DNA from: Phoronis australis
Lineage: Eukaryota > Animalia > Phoronida
Length of the DNA stretch: 64,000 bases
Assembly: GCA_002633005.1 (NCBI GenBank)
Contig: NMRA01000081.1
Location: 251,625 to 315,624, forward strand
Direction of reading: 5' to 3'
Shown: positions 40,301 to 53,200 of the stretch, piece by piece
Position numbering within the stretch: position 1 is the first letter of the stretch
Layout of the letters: every line of letters starts with the position of its first letter
Made by a program: the position numbers and the translations under genes
Notes under the pieces: generated by a model
Seen by the model: the letters and a program-made list of their open reading frames with translations, nothing else
Told to the model about the DNA's origin: nothing
The model's database searches: none

Positions 40301-43300
40301 AGTCTCGTTTAAATTTAAATTTACTTTTGGCGACCCTGTTTACCGCAATGTGCCTCCAGGTTTTCAAAAACTTCATATTTGGCCCCCTCTTGATGAATGC
40401 TTCTGGCTACTTCTGTGCCCGGCAGAAAGTGACCAGTACCTCTGGCATAACATCAGCAGAGAATTAGTACAGTGGAAGCAATAGCAACTCACCTGATTTT
40501 GAAACTGGTCTTTTGCTCCAAAGCTTACATCTCCTGGAAGGCTTAAGTCGTACTCAGACATTTTCGTACAATCAGACGTTTTCACCTTTTCAATGTGCTC
40601 AAATATCTGCTTCATTCTGTCTATGGCTGAGCCATCAACGTAGTCTCGTCTCGTTCTGGATCTTGCCTTTGTTGTGCTGTTCGATCTATGTTTGTCTTCA
40701 TATGTTCTTTTTTTGAAACCGTAAACCCATCTCATGGTATCGTTGTTTGTATTTTTCTTCCTAAAGGAAATTTTTGTTCTTGGTTTTACACTGACTTTAC
40801 GTACTCTCTCACCGCTCTCCGTGATGTCTTTTAAATCAACTACTTTGCTTTGGCGAGGCATTAATGCCTTTGAATCAACTGCAGCGTCAATTTCATCATT
40901 GATTGCTTTCCGCATCACTGTGTTGAGGTCTGCCTGTAAGAGAGTGGATCGCGTATGATTGTTATTCTGGGACCTTGATGTCTCCAAAGTAAAATCGCGT
41001 GACACAAGCCAGTTTTCAAACATGTTTTTTGGAGAAAGCTGTCTTTTAATTCGCTGTTGTGTCATTATACGTTGTAAAATACGTTATCCATGCATAAACA
41101 ATCGGAAATATCTGTTGAACTGTAGCTGGCTTCTTCATCCACGAGATTAACTTGTGTATTCAATGTTTCGCGAACACATTTTAAAAACCCTCAAAGGAAT
41201 TTACTTTTAAATTATCGACTAGCTGAAGGTGAACATTTTAAATTAGTTTATTAAAATTCTCTAACCCAGTAATGGAAATTAAGTGGCGCTGACACACAGG
41301 ATTGTTGTGCAGCAATTGTACCTGGTTATCTGCGTGTTGCGTTGTCCGTCTTTCAAGGTGTTGTGTCTCGTCAGAACTTGTGATACCCTCATAATTGATG
41401 AAATCTCTTTTCCGACGAGATGTGAAGTTTCCTCGTGCAAGATCACCACTGTTGACGGAAGGAACGACCCGCTGATCTGTAGCACGAAAAAGACTTTGAT
41501 TGGCGGAGTACATCCTTTATGTACGTGTTTTGAATTTGGAGTTTTCTGTCTGCCTTTTGTGCATTCGTTGTATTTTGAATTTAAATAGTTCATTTAACAA
41601 CATCTACCATTTTAAAGCGAACAAGTCCAGCTACTCCCGCGAGTTATAATTCTAAAAAACAGCTGCTCCTTGCCTTAAATTCAGGTGTTTGACACGCTCG
41701 GCTATAGAACAGGCTGATTTCCGGCCTAAGCGCTATAACCGTACATATGTAGCGTGGGAGCTAACCGTTTAGGTCCGAAAACTCAAATCGATTCCCTGAC
41801 ATTTCTTACACAAAGGTGTGACTTAGAGATATTCGTGACCTAAAGGTCATGATAGCGCAAGGCATCATTAAGTTCTTATATAATTAAAAACGTAAATGCG
41901 AGATAATTGAAAGGCATCAATGAAAATGCATTTTATCCGAATTCGGTTTTACAAATCCCTTATATTCATACAAGAACGAAAATGTGGACATAAAACATTC
42001 GCAAAATATTCGTTTACAATGGATGCGTTATTGAAATATGTTAGTACAGGCAAGGAAATTCAATGAGCTTATTTCAGTCTTAACCGAATGGTTCGTGTAA
42101 TTATTTTGTTGGCCTCATTGCTACAGATTAATTTCCGACGTGATAAAGACTGGTGAAATAGGAATATTTTTCTTGGAGGACGACTAATAATTTACTTCCA
42201 CAAATTCGGTTATCTCCTGTTTTATTTCTCTTGTGTTTTATAGGCACGCTCCGACTTCAAATCACAAAAGATCTCTAAACTACCCACCACATTCATGTAC
42301 CCTCCGAACAGGAGGCAAATCGGACGTGTGTGATACGCCGTCTGAAAATAGTTGTCATGCAAAAGCTCGTCAGACATTTGGTCTGCCTTAAAATCATCAG
42401 CCCTGAAATCAGACGGCGGTAGATCTGCCTTCTTACTGTGCAGCGGCTACATTCCAATGACGTAACTTGTGGTAGGCTTTGAATATTAGCCTTTTACTGA
42501 TGTCAAACTAAAGACGGCTGATAGGACGCCTTTGTAAACGCTCATGTAACTGATCTGCCTTCTGGTCAGACGTCCTATGTGCCTTCTCAACGCGACATGA
42601 GACCAAACTTACTGTCAATCTTCAAACAGTCAAATCCGTCTCGGTACTCTTCCTCTGTTGCTATTTCGATGTCGACGCCTTGGAATGGTCCATTCTGCCA
42701 GTGGGGGTATCTGTAACCTGGCCGGCAAACGCATTCGTATCCACCTCGAGCGAAACCAAAACCGCTCAGCGGTTGACACTGAAGTTCAACATGAACACAA
42801 TAATGTAAACCATTTGGGGATAACAAATTTATGTTAACACTCTTGAAGGGGGTACAGTTGCGTATTATACAGGCAATCACATGTTAAGTCGAAACGAACC
42901 CAACTATTCAGTCTCAGTGTTTTAGACATTTTAGCTGAGTTTCGAAAACCAGTGTTTATGAATCTACGCTTCTAATTTAAAATGTACATCGCTAGGTGAT
43001 TCGAAGCATCAATTACAGTACTTTACCTTCTTAAGTTATTTTCTAAATTATATTGAGAGTACAACGAACACTTACTATTTGGTCACTTATAAGTCCTTGC
43101 AAACTTAGTCGTAACACGTTTTCAAACTATTTCATCACATCACATAAGCTGGAGAAACAACAGGCTGATGTCGAAGAGAATGGATAACATAGACCCTCGG
43201 CTTCAATTCGTCAGCGGTCACGCAACATATCACGGCTATTTTTGATGTCCTTCCGTTTTCGTTGATTTGTCTTCGCTAGAGACTAGTATTGATTCATATA

Positions 43301-46300
43301 ACTTCGCGACTCAACGAGGCAAATGCGGCCGTAACCCCTTTGAAGTTGACGTGATTAGATTATTTCTGTGTAGCACGCGTTGAAAACACAAAAACTTTGA
43401 CTTTTCCCAAAAACCAATGCTGTGACAAAACAGCTTAAAACAGAAACGCTTATAAAGCACAATTCCACTGTGGTCATATCTACACAATGAAAATAACACG
43501 TAAGTAACATCTCCCTTACACTTGATAGAGTCTTGCCCAACTTTTTGTAACATAAGGAGCAATCTACTGGATGTCACTGTCACATGCCTACAACATATAG
43601 TGCATGACAACAAATGGAAAAGTCTGTCCGTTTTTTTAAGGAGACTGGCAGACTTGAAAACTTCCTTCACGAAGAAGCATTACGAGGCTCTCGTGCTTTT
43701 AGCTCAGGTGTTTTGTGCATTGGGCCCAACCAAGAGGACTGCGTACGTCAGATGCACCGCAAATGACACCAGACCACCTGTATTGCTTTTTTTCTCAATA
43801 ACTATTTTACAAAATAAAATGACGTAGGCTTAATGTATTTGACGGAAATACAAGATGATTTCTAAAACTAGCACAGTATAGACAAGAATACACACCTCTG
43901 GTTATGATCCTATCCAAAGCGTTGTTACGAAGTGTATTAGAATCTCAGTTTATTTGGCGCCGTAGTGTTAATCAACTAAAACATACCTCTGGCGTGTTCT
44001 TTGATTACGTGGGTCTTACGTCATGGCATTTGATTAAAAATTTAAAAGAGATTCGATTATATATGACATCGGTTTCGGATTACTGCTTACTTTCTCAGAA
44101 AAGTTGTTGAAACTACTTTTCCTTTAGAACACAGTGGTATCACCAAATTATAAACATTTCGTAACCTTCAGCCCTGTCTGTTTTTGCTTTATTTTACTTT
44201 TAATTTCTTATTTTTTCTTTTAAAGTGACGGGGTTTCTGTGAAAACCTCATTACACATGGCGGCAGTTGAGTGAGTACCCAAAATGCAGAATTTGCGTTG
44301 TGCATTACCAGATACTTAGCAAACTCGCAAGGTCTTGTTTGTTATATTACGGTGACGTAAACAATATTTTTTGCATGCAGTACATAATTACTCTTTCATT
44401 TGGCTATTCCCTTCTGAAATTGTAAATCACTGTCTTACATGGCTTTCAGGCGTTTACGTATTTGTAGTAACTATGAACTGTATTATCACAGCTGTCGTTT
44501 ATTTCATTTCTGTTTTGTTTGAGACAAACTGTCCGACTTTGTAGTATTCTTCGAATGTGTAGAGTTGTTGCCTATGTTCAGTGCCTTTGAAGATGACACA
44601 CCTTGGCCCAACAGTTTGTCAAGGCTCACCTGCGTGGTGGGTTTGCATCTGGCGACCCCTGCAAACATGTTTGGCCCTGGATTGCCTACGCCTTCCGGGC
44701 ATACATTAATATCTATCATATTCCAGTCTATGTCCATGGTAGCCACAGCAACAAATCTGTAAACACAGTACAAAAACACAATTTAACAATTTCTTTTGTC
44801 ATCTGCACGTAAAACCAACACCTGACTGTTGACGTATATTGTGGCATTGTGGGTAACTACCGCGATATTCGGGTGCCGCTGTTTAATCCAGGACGGCCCT
44901 ATTGAGCTTACGTTTTGCCTTTTAGTATTGCACACAATAGGCAAAACCATCACCAATGATCCGTGTAATCAGAAAGACAAGACTGTCTAATATCTAATAC
45001 TCTCATTCCCACCTATTCTGCGAGCGATNAATTATTTTGTTGGCTTGTGTTGCTCATTCCTACAGATTAAGACTGGAGAAATAGGAATATTTTTCTTGGA
45101 GGACGAGTAATAATTTACTTTCACAAATTCGGTTATCTCCTGTTTTATTTCTCTTGTGTTTTATAGGCCCGCTCTGACTTCAAATCACAAAAGATCTCTA
45201 AACTACCCACAACGTTCATGTACCCTCCGAACAGGAGGCAAATCGGTCGTGTGTGATACGCCGTCTGAAAATGGTTGTTGTGTAAAAGCTCGTCAGACAT
45301 TTGGTCTGCCTTAAAGTTATCAGCCCTGAAATCAGACGGCAGATCTGCCTTCTTACTGTGGGGCGGCTACATTCCAATGACGTAACTTGTGGTAGGCTTT
45401 GAATATTAGCCTTTTACCGATGTCAAACTAAAGACGGCTGATAGGACGCCTCTGTAAACGCTCATGTAACTGATCTGCCTTCTGGCCAGACGTCCTATCT
45501 GCCTTCTCAACGCGACATTAGACCAAACTTACTGTCAATCTTCAAACAGTCAAATCCGTTTCGGTACTCTTCCTCTGTTGCTATTTCGATGTCGACGCCT
45601 TGGAATGGTCCATTCTGCCAGTGGGGGTATCTGTAACCTGGCCGGCAAACGCATTCGTATCCACCTCGAGCGAAACCAAAACCGCTCAGCGGTTGACACT
45701 GAAGTTTAACATGAACACAATAATTTAAACCATTTGGGGATAACAAATTTATGTTAACACTCTTGAAGGAGGTACAGTTGCGTATTATACAAATTCAGGC
45801 AATCACATGTTAAGTCGAAACGAACCCAACTATTCAGTCTCAGTATTTTAGTGTTTATGAATCTACGCTTCTAATTTAAAATGTTCATCGCTAGGTGATT
45901 CGAAGCATCAATTACAGTATTTTACCTTATTAGTTATTTACTAAATTATATTAATAGTACAACGAACACTTACTATTTGGCAAACTTAGTCGTAACACGT
46001 TTTCAAACTATTTCATCACATCTCATAAGTTGGAGAAACAACAGGTTGATGTCGAAGAGAATGGATAACATAGACCCTCGGCTTCAATTCGTCAGCGGTC
46101 ACGCAACATATCACGGCTATTTTTGATGTCCTTCCGTTTTAGTTGATTTGTCTTCGCTAGAGACTAGTTTTGATTCATATAACTTCGCGACTCGAACAAG
46201 GCAAACGCGGTCGTAACCCCTTTGAAGATGATGTGATTAGATTATTTCTGTGTAGCACGCGTTAAAAACGCAAAAACATTGACTTTTCCCAAAAACCAAT

Positions 46301-49300
46301 GCTGTGACAAAACAGCTTAAAATAGAAACGCTTATGAAGCACAATTCCACTGTGGTCATAATGAAAATAACACGCAAGTAACAACTCTCTTACACTTGAT
46401 AGAGTCTTGCTCAACTTTTTGCAACATAAGGAGCAATCTATTGGATGTCACTGTTACATGCCTACAACATACAGTGTATGGCAACAAATGGAAAAGTTTG
46501 TCCGTTTCTTTAAGGAGACAGGCAGACTTGAAAACTTCCTTCACGAAGAACCATAACGGGGCTCTCGTGCTTTTAGCTCAGGTGTTTTGTGCAATGGGCT
46601 CAACCATGAGGCCTGCGCATGTCTGATGCACCGCAAATGACACCAGACCACCTGTATTGCTTTTTTCTCAATAACTATTTTACAAAATAAAATGACGTAG
46701 GCTTAATGTATCTGACGGAAATACAAGATGATTTCTAAAACTAGCACAGTATAGACAAGAATACACACCTCTGGTTATGATCCTATCCAAAGCGTTGTTA
46801 CGAAGTGTATTAGAATCTCAGTTTATTTGGCGCCGTAGTGTTAATCAACTAAAACATACCTCTGGCGTGTTCTTTGATTACGTGGGTCTTAGGTCATGGC
46901 ATTTGAATAAAAATTTAAAAGAGATTCGATTATATATGACATCGGTTTCGGATTACTGCTTACTTTCTCAGAAAAGGCGTTGAAACTACTTTTCCTTTAG
47001 AACACAGTCACCAAATTATAAACATTTCGTAACCTTTAGCCCTGTCTGTGTTTGCTTTAATTTACTTTTAATTTCTTATTTTTTCTTTTAAAGTGACGGG
47101 GTTTCTGTGAAAACCTCATTACACATGGCGGCAGTTGAGTGAGTACCCAGAATGCAGAATTTGCGTTATGCATTATCAGATACTTAGCAAACTCGCAAGG
47201 TTTTGTTTGTTATATTACGGTGACGTAAACAATATTTTTTTGCATGCAGTACATAATTACTCTTTTATTTGGCTATTCCCTTCTGCAATTGTAAATCACT
47301 GTCTTACAAGACTTTCAGGCGTTTACGTATTTGTAGTAACTATGAACTGTATCATCATAGCTGTCGTTTATTTCATTTCTGTTTTTTTTTTAGTCAAACT
47401 GTCCGACTTTGTAGTATTCTTCGAATGTGTAGAGTTGTTGCCTATGTTCAGTGCCTTTGAAGATGACACACCTTGGCCCAACAGTTTGTCAAGGCTCACC
47501 TGCGTGGTGGGTTTGCATCTGGCGACCCCTGCAAACATGTTTGGCCCTGGATTGCCTACGCCTTCCGGGCATACATTAATATCTATCATATTCCAGTCTA
47601 TGTCCATGGTAGCCACAGCAACAAATCTGTAAACACAGTACAAAAACACAATTTAACAATTTCTTTTGTCATCTGCACGTAAAACCAACACCTGACTGTT
47701 GACGTATATTGTGGCATTGTGGGTAACTACCGCGATATTCGGGTGCCGCTGTGTAATCCAGGACGGCCCTATTGAGCTTGCGTTTTGCCTTTTAGTATTG
47801 CACACAATAGGCAAAACCATCACCAATGATCCGTGTAATCAGAAAGACAAGACTGTCTAATATCTAATACTCTCATTCCCACCTATTCTGCGAGCGATCT
47901 TGGGGCAAAAGATATCGTTGGCCGTTGGTTGAAAAGTATGCTCGTAAATTAGGACACTTTCACGCCCGTGTTTTACAAACTGTAATTACGGGCGCACATT
48001 TACGAGATTGGATGAGGTTATGTAGGAGCCTAGAATAATGACTAAATTTGGCACCGATCGGAACATCATATCTTAGAAATGGTTGATTTGATTTACAAGA
48101 AACTTCGGATACTTCGCTCTATGCAATGTCCTCCAAAATGCCACAAGGAATTGTTTGTTAAGTGTCTCACTTTTGCAAGACAGGCTACCAAAGCGGGACT
48201 TTTAAAATTTTTATGAAAAAATCAAAATTTGAATAAAATTAAAACGAAGTGATCATTTAGAAAATTGTAACAGGGTTTTTGAGAACATTTATTTTTTAAA
48301 CAAAATTTAGTCAAGTTACTGGAGTCGTTGTTTTGCTTTGAACGTACCTTTCTTTTAGCTAAATTTTATTAAAAAAACATGGTCAGGTGACCCATTGGCA
48401 AATTGGTACAAAGTCAAAAATCAAATCCTGCAGAGTTTTTACTTCCAGACAAAATACTTTCACGGAGTCTAATTCTGTAGTTTTGTAGATACCGGTATTT
48501 GCCCCAGTAAACAGACATGTCGATAAGCTCTTACAACACTTTAACTGTTGAAATATTTACGCTCCATGATCTACGCTCGTCGTTTTACGCCCGTTGTTTT
48601 ACGAAACTTGAAAGACGACTGTAATTTACGACATTGATTTTTCTGGTGTACAACTTCTTCAGAGCTCACATGATCTGTAACCTAATCTCTCACTAGACAT
48701 AACGATCACGCTCGCAAAACACGGTCGTGAGAAGTGTCTTTAAGCCCGAAATTTAGGGGGTCAAGTACAAAACGAAGCATTTGAAACGTCCCTTATGTCA
48801 TTCGCTTATTTGCGTTAGATTGTCTGTGTATTGGCAGGAGCCATGTCCCGTCTCGTCTAGTACAGTTGCCCTCTTACGCACATGAATTGCTCGTGACTGT
48901 ACAGAAACAACAAAACTGCACTATAGATCTGAACGGTCCATGCAACACCTTTTGATATAAGTCAGTAGTTAAATCATGGCCTTTCAAAATGTCTCTTACT
49001 CGACTCAATGGCCCTCAAGCAAATGGTTGGGTTATTACAGTGCTATGAAAGAATTGAGTTATTGCTTGCGAACAGGTTGTACAATATTTAGCTTGTCACG
49101 GCGAGTCATTTTAAGAGTCAAGCACTGCCTCAAGGAATAACGATCTACCAGTACTTCAAAAATCCAGATATCTCTTCTCATCTGAAACTAATTGAAACCA
49201 ATTATAAAACCGCAAAAGAAGTATATCAAGAGTTCGTGTTCGGGTTTACAGATGCGTATTAAAGCAATGCCCACCTTTGCGGCGTTTCGCCAAATTCTGT

Positions 49301-50224
49301 AATGATGTTTTCAGGCCTGTATCTAGGTATGGCATCGACAATGGGCGCTGCTGCTGACATCATCCAAACGTTCCTGCCGCCACAATCAAAATAGGGTAGG
49401 GTGTAACGAACTGGTAAATTCGCGTTATCCTTCAACCTGGTCAGTGGAGGTCCAAAGAAGTTAACGCCTTTGAATGTTTCGTCCTGCCATTTTCCAGGTT
49501 TATCCCACTTGGCATATTTCACACCTACTGTATAGGATCCTTTAAGATTGTCGTCAGCAGTGAAATCAGGAAGCCAACTACGGTAGCGAATATGCCTCGC
49601 TCCAGACTCTTTGTCTGTATAGTTTCTCTGGTTTCCTGTACCCATGTCATTTATGTGAATACGATTCATTGACGGTCCACGAACCCAGAATCTGTTGGGC
49701 ATAAAGTTCACATTTCGAGTAGCGCGTGGCGCGAACAACTCAATGGTTGTATTGAGAGAAACCGAATTTATCCAATTTGGATAAGCGGCCTTGTAGTCGA
49801 ACTCAATACTAGAGCCGTTGATGCATTTGGGAAATGCGGTGAGGAAACTTGCTTGCCTCCAATAATAATATTGCAATCCAGGTTGCTTCCAAAAACCTTG
49901 TGTGCCGTTTGTCGCGTTCAGTTGTTTAAACACGTAACTGAAGAAAAAGCCCCTGCTTAAAGCTAAGTCGTGTAGCGCCAACACACACGTCCTGTTCCTA
50001 AAAACCCGTGTGTTGATGTCCAACAGCTGGTTTGACTGCGGCAGCATGGACACCGTCTCTGCTGGAAGAGTCAGTTCGGCAGGTGTCATTGAGCCGCAGT
50101 TACTGCTATCCACTCCGATGTACTGTTTCATGACGGTATCAAAGGCATCACGACCAACCCAGTCAAATGGACCGCCACATGTTAAGGACACAAATGAAAA
50201 ACATAACAAAATAATAAACATCAT
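34342..50224 (-). CDS. Predicted 990-aa cell-surface protein with two tandem GPR158/GPR179-like ectodomain modules (Cache-like + EGF-like), a furin-site linker and a GPI-type tail; no 7TM (paralog A, complete)
   Basis: Ten GT-AG exons join in frame (2973 nt including stop): 50224-49275, 47626-47500, 45698-45533 (duplicate exon 2/3 set at 44756-44630 and 42778-42613), 41476-41322, 41053-40493, 39799-39393, 38107-37913, 37507-37390, 35729-35575, 34480-34342. Signal peptide MMFIILLCFSFVSLTCG. Motifs YTLPYFDCGG..W / WSSPYFPC..W, DINVCP / DINQCP and GGYECVCRPGY / GAYRCECKQGY resemble the GPR158 ectodomain as I recall it (WSSPYLEC, VDIDQC, GAYECICKAGF). C-terminus CRPGNAPTISFSLVVTILSTSVALLLQTTLFIIPLYKLGL*. 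The exon-5 acceptor is weak. Confidence 0.85.
36299..36365. repeat. Near-perfect 32-bp-arm palindrome (intronic, MITE-like)
   Basis: TATAACTTTGAGACATTTAGTGAGTTAAGAGC-TAT-GCTCTTAACACACTAAATGTCTCAAATTTATA. Confidence 0.8.
38733..38805 (+). mobile_element. tRNA-derived SINE head or tRNA pseudogene (intronic)
   Basis: A-box-like TAGCTCAGTGAACTAGAGC and B-box/T-arm ACCGGGTTCGATACCCGGT; weak acceptor stem; anticodon arm does not pair. Confidence 0.55.
42100..47898. repeat. ~2.9-kb near-identical tandem duplication (~42100-45028 vs 45030-47898) containing exons 2-3 of paralog A; probable haplotype/assembly artefact
   Basis: The two copies abut at the single N (45029) and differ only by scattered SNPs and small indels. 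Confidence 0.85.
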
Positions 50225-53200
50225 GACTCGCTACTAGAGCTAACTACAAAGAGTTCACTAGTGCACTGGCAACAGACAATGAAACATCTATCTGTGGTCC
50301 GTTCAATAATGTTCCATATCGAGTCACAGGCTCAAGCTCACGCAAACAACGGGACGTTTCTGAGCAATCGGACGTTACATAAATCCGAACGGCTCGTATT
50401 TCAGTCATGAGTGACGTGCGTGAAGGCTCGCAAATTTTGATTCATAAATGGACGCCGGGGTCTCTTTTATTGCATTCAGATCCTTTGATCAATATCTCAA
50501 TACACAAATGCAAGCACGCATTGGTCGAGGTAGGTATGCTGAACCTATCCACGAAAACCTGAACACACCAGAGTGATTATAACTTTTAAATTCCATTTGC
50601 AGTTTATAACCTTCAGTCTGAACACTTGAAGACAAAAGTGGTAGTTAATTACTTATAATTGAGACAAAAATAATTTAACAATCAAGAATCGAGACGAAAA
50701 TAATGGAATTCCGCCTAACTTTTAACCGATATATGCATATCTAGATAGTTACGTGTCTGTAACCACTGATCTATATATTGCCATCGTTTGCTGAAGTCAA
50801 ATTGTTTGATCCCTTTCAACCGCGGTCCTGTCAAGTCGCACAATTGGAACAAAAATAACAATAAGATCGTTAAAAATAATCCGTTTTTCGATTTCGAAAT
50901 TAAATAGCGAATTAGCCGTTATTTGTTTGGGCTGTTCAGTTTTCAAGAGCTACTCGATGCAGGATCCAATAACCAACAATGCATCGACATATATGACAGA
51001 AACGTATAATATGTAAGTATCCAGGCATTAGAAATTTATACAATATAAATTGTTGTATGCATTTGGTCAAGGTACACATTTACAAGGTATTTTTTCGCGA
51101 AGTACAATGAAAACCAGTTTAATTACAAACTCGGCAAATGATGTATACCGGATTATTCTTTGGTGATCTTGACGTTTTCTAAGCAGCCATTTGAGTTCAA
51201 TGCACTTGGAAGAAATTATTTGAAAATACCTGGATTAATAAAAAGTCTACTTTGGGCAACTTCTTATGCGACACCAGAAGTTGTAGAGTGAGCTAGTTTT
51301 GAAGTTTTATACAACTCAAGCCAGGTTAATTGGATTTGCGCAAATACGGAAACATACTGGTTGAGTTAACATATTTCAGTGTTATTACTTTATTCGTCGT
51401 GTTTAAAATGTGTAAATGCACGTTCGCAATGTTGAGTATTAGGCCTAACTGTTTCTGCAATTTAGAACCGGACCACAATATGGCGGAACAGCGAAATTTT
51501 GTTTTAGCAAAATTTCCAAAAATGGAGAAGAAATTTTTGCTTTTCCATTTGTTCAGTATACACTGTACAGCAGTGCACATCGCTGTGAACTCATGAAAAA
51601 CATAAACATTACAATTTGGACAATTATTTTGTTCGATTTTATGTAAACAATACTGTACTCAGTGTGCATTCAGATCGCACCTAAGAGAGTACCTTTAAAA
51701 AACACCCCAAATTCTGTGCCGAGAACATCCGATCATGTGTCAGCTTGAGAGCAAAGTCCGGAAACGATTGCCAAGGGTGTCTTTGATTCTTGTATTTTTC
51801 ATCCACATGTCAAATATTTTTCACTGTCCCTCGAATTTCTGCAATTGCTTTTTCTCACAAATGTATCCGTGTTTATATTTCGAAATTATCCGAAACATTG
51901 CGGGCGTTTTCGTTCATGTTTTACTAACCTGGCTTCATTTGAGACGCCAAAAATGCGCCTCTGTGCATATAATTTAAGACAACTCAAAGGGAGAAATTTA
52001 GTCAGAAAAGATCATTGCTGGTTTAAGATGTTACTAAATATTTTCAATGAATAGAGTATCCCACACGAGTTTCAGGTTTATGACATGGGCAAAACCTCTT
52101 GGAAATTTCGTCAAAATCTCGAGGCTTGCCGACGGACTACTTTGCGATTCGCCCATGTAATGTCAAAAATTATGTTCTCAGTGTTATTAACCAGTCGTGT
52201 CGTAACACACTTCTGCTGCATGTGATTTCAAAATACAAGGTACCCAGACGTCCGTACCAGTGTAGTGGTAAAATTAGAGGTAAGTAGGCGCCAAAGTCCA
52301 CCGTATCACATAGAGCACTGTATGTAACTTACGCTAGGGTCAAATGCCAAAAGGTGGTACACTGCGCCCACGTGCGCCTACGCTCCACTACATCACTGGT
52401 CCGTACCGGTGCACAAACTTCTTCTCATGAAAAGCGCCTAGCGTCACTTCGTCAAGAGTATTTCGGACACGCTGACGCCTCAAAGACGTGGTCAACCAGT
52501 TGTAGAAAACGTGTCTATGTTCTTAAAAGAACCTATCTGTGTTAAGGTTATGATAGTGCGTTGAACAAGCCAATCAGCTCGTCATTATTGTCGCTGCCCA
52601 TCCTGTTTTCACGACTAGGAGGTCATTTCTTTCTGTCGTACCACTTCCGAAAACTGCCCGACTCGGCAAGTCGCAGACAGGTTATGATTACTTCAAAAGC
52701 ATGCGTGAGCACGTAGGCTAAACTCGTCTTGTTCTCAGTGGAGTAATGCATTGCCCGCTTTGTCAGAGTGTGGCACCGGTGACAACTGCACTATGTCAAA
52801 CGTTTGAATGATTTCTGGAATACAGGGTAGTTTTTCAAGAGTTCTGGTTCCGTGATTAGAGTGTTGTGTGCGCCGATAGAAGCATTTGCGTTGTGTGGCA
52901 ATAGTGCGCGCCCGTGTTAAGAGTGGATCTCCATCCCGATATTGGAATACAAAAATGCTCTGCAACCCAGCTTTATCCGCCTATGCATGGAACATCCAAT
53001 CTTTATCTCTTGAATATTACCCTGAAAAATCTTACACTATTGTGACCATTTGGAACAAACTGTCACACGCAAAAATTGAGTCAATTTGGGCAAACTTTGA
53101 CAATTTGGGGCCTGCAGAGCCGACCCAAATTGTCTCAGTTTTTAAGTTGCGAGAATTTGGGACATAACGCGCACGTACATACACAACAGGTTGTGATTCG

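Noticed and set aside
34342-50224. Annotation as a true GPCR (GPR158/GPR179 orthologue)
   Set aside because: Both paralogs stop after one short hydrophobic segment and no 7TM-coding exons were found downstream (20-34 kb or 50-54 kb), so no gene symbol was assigned.
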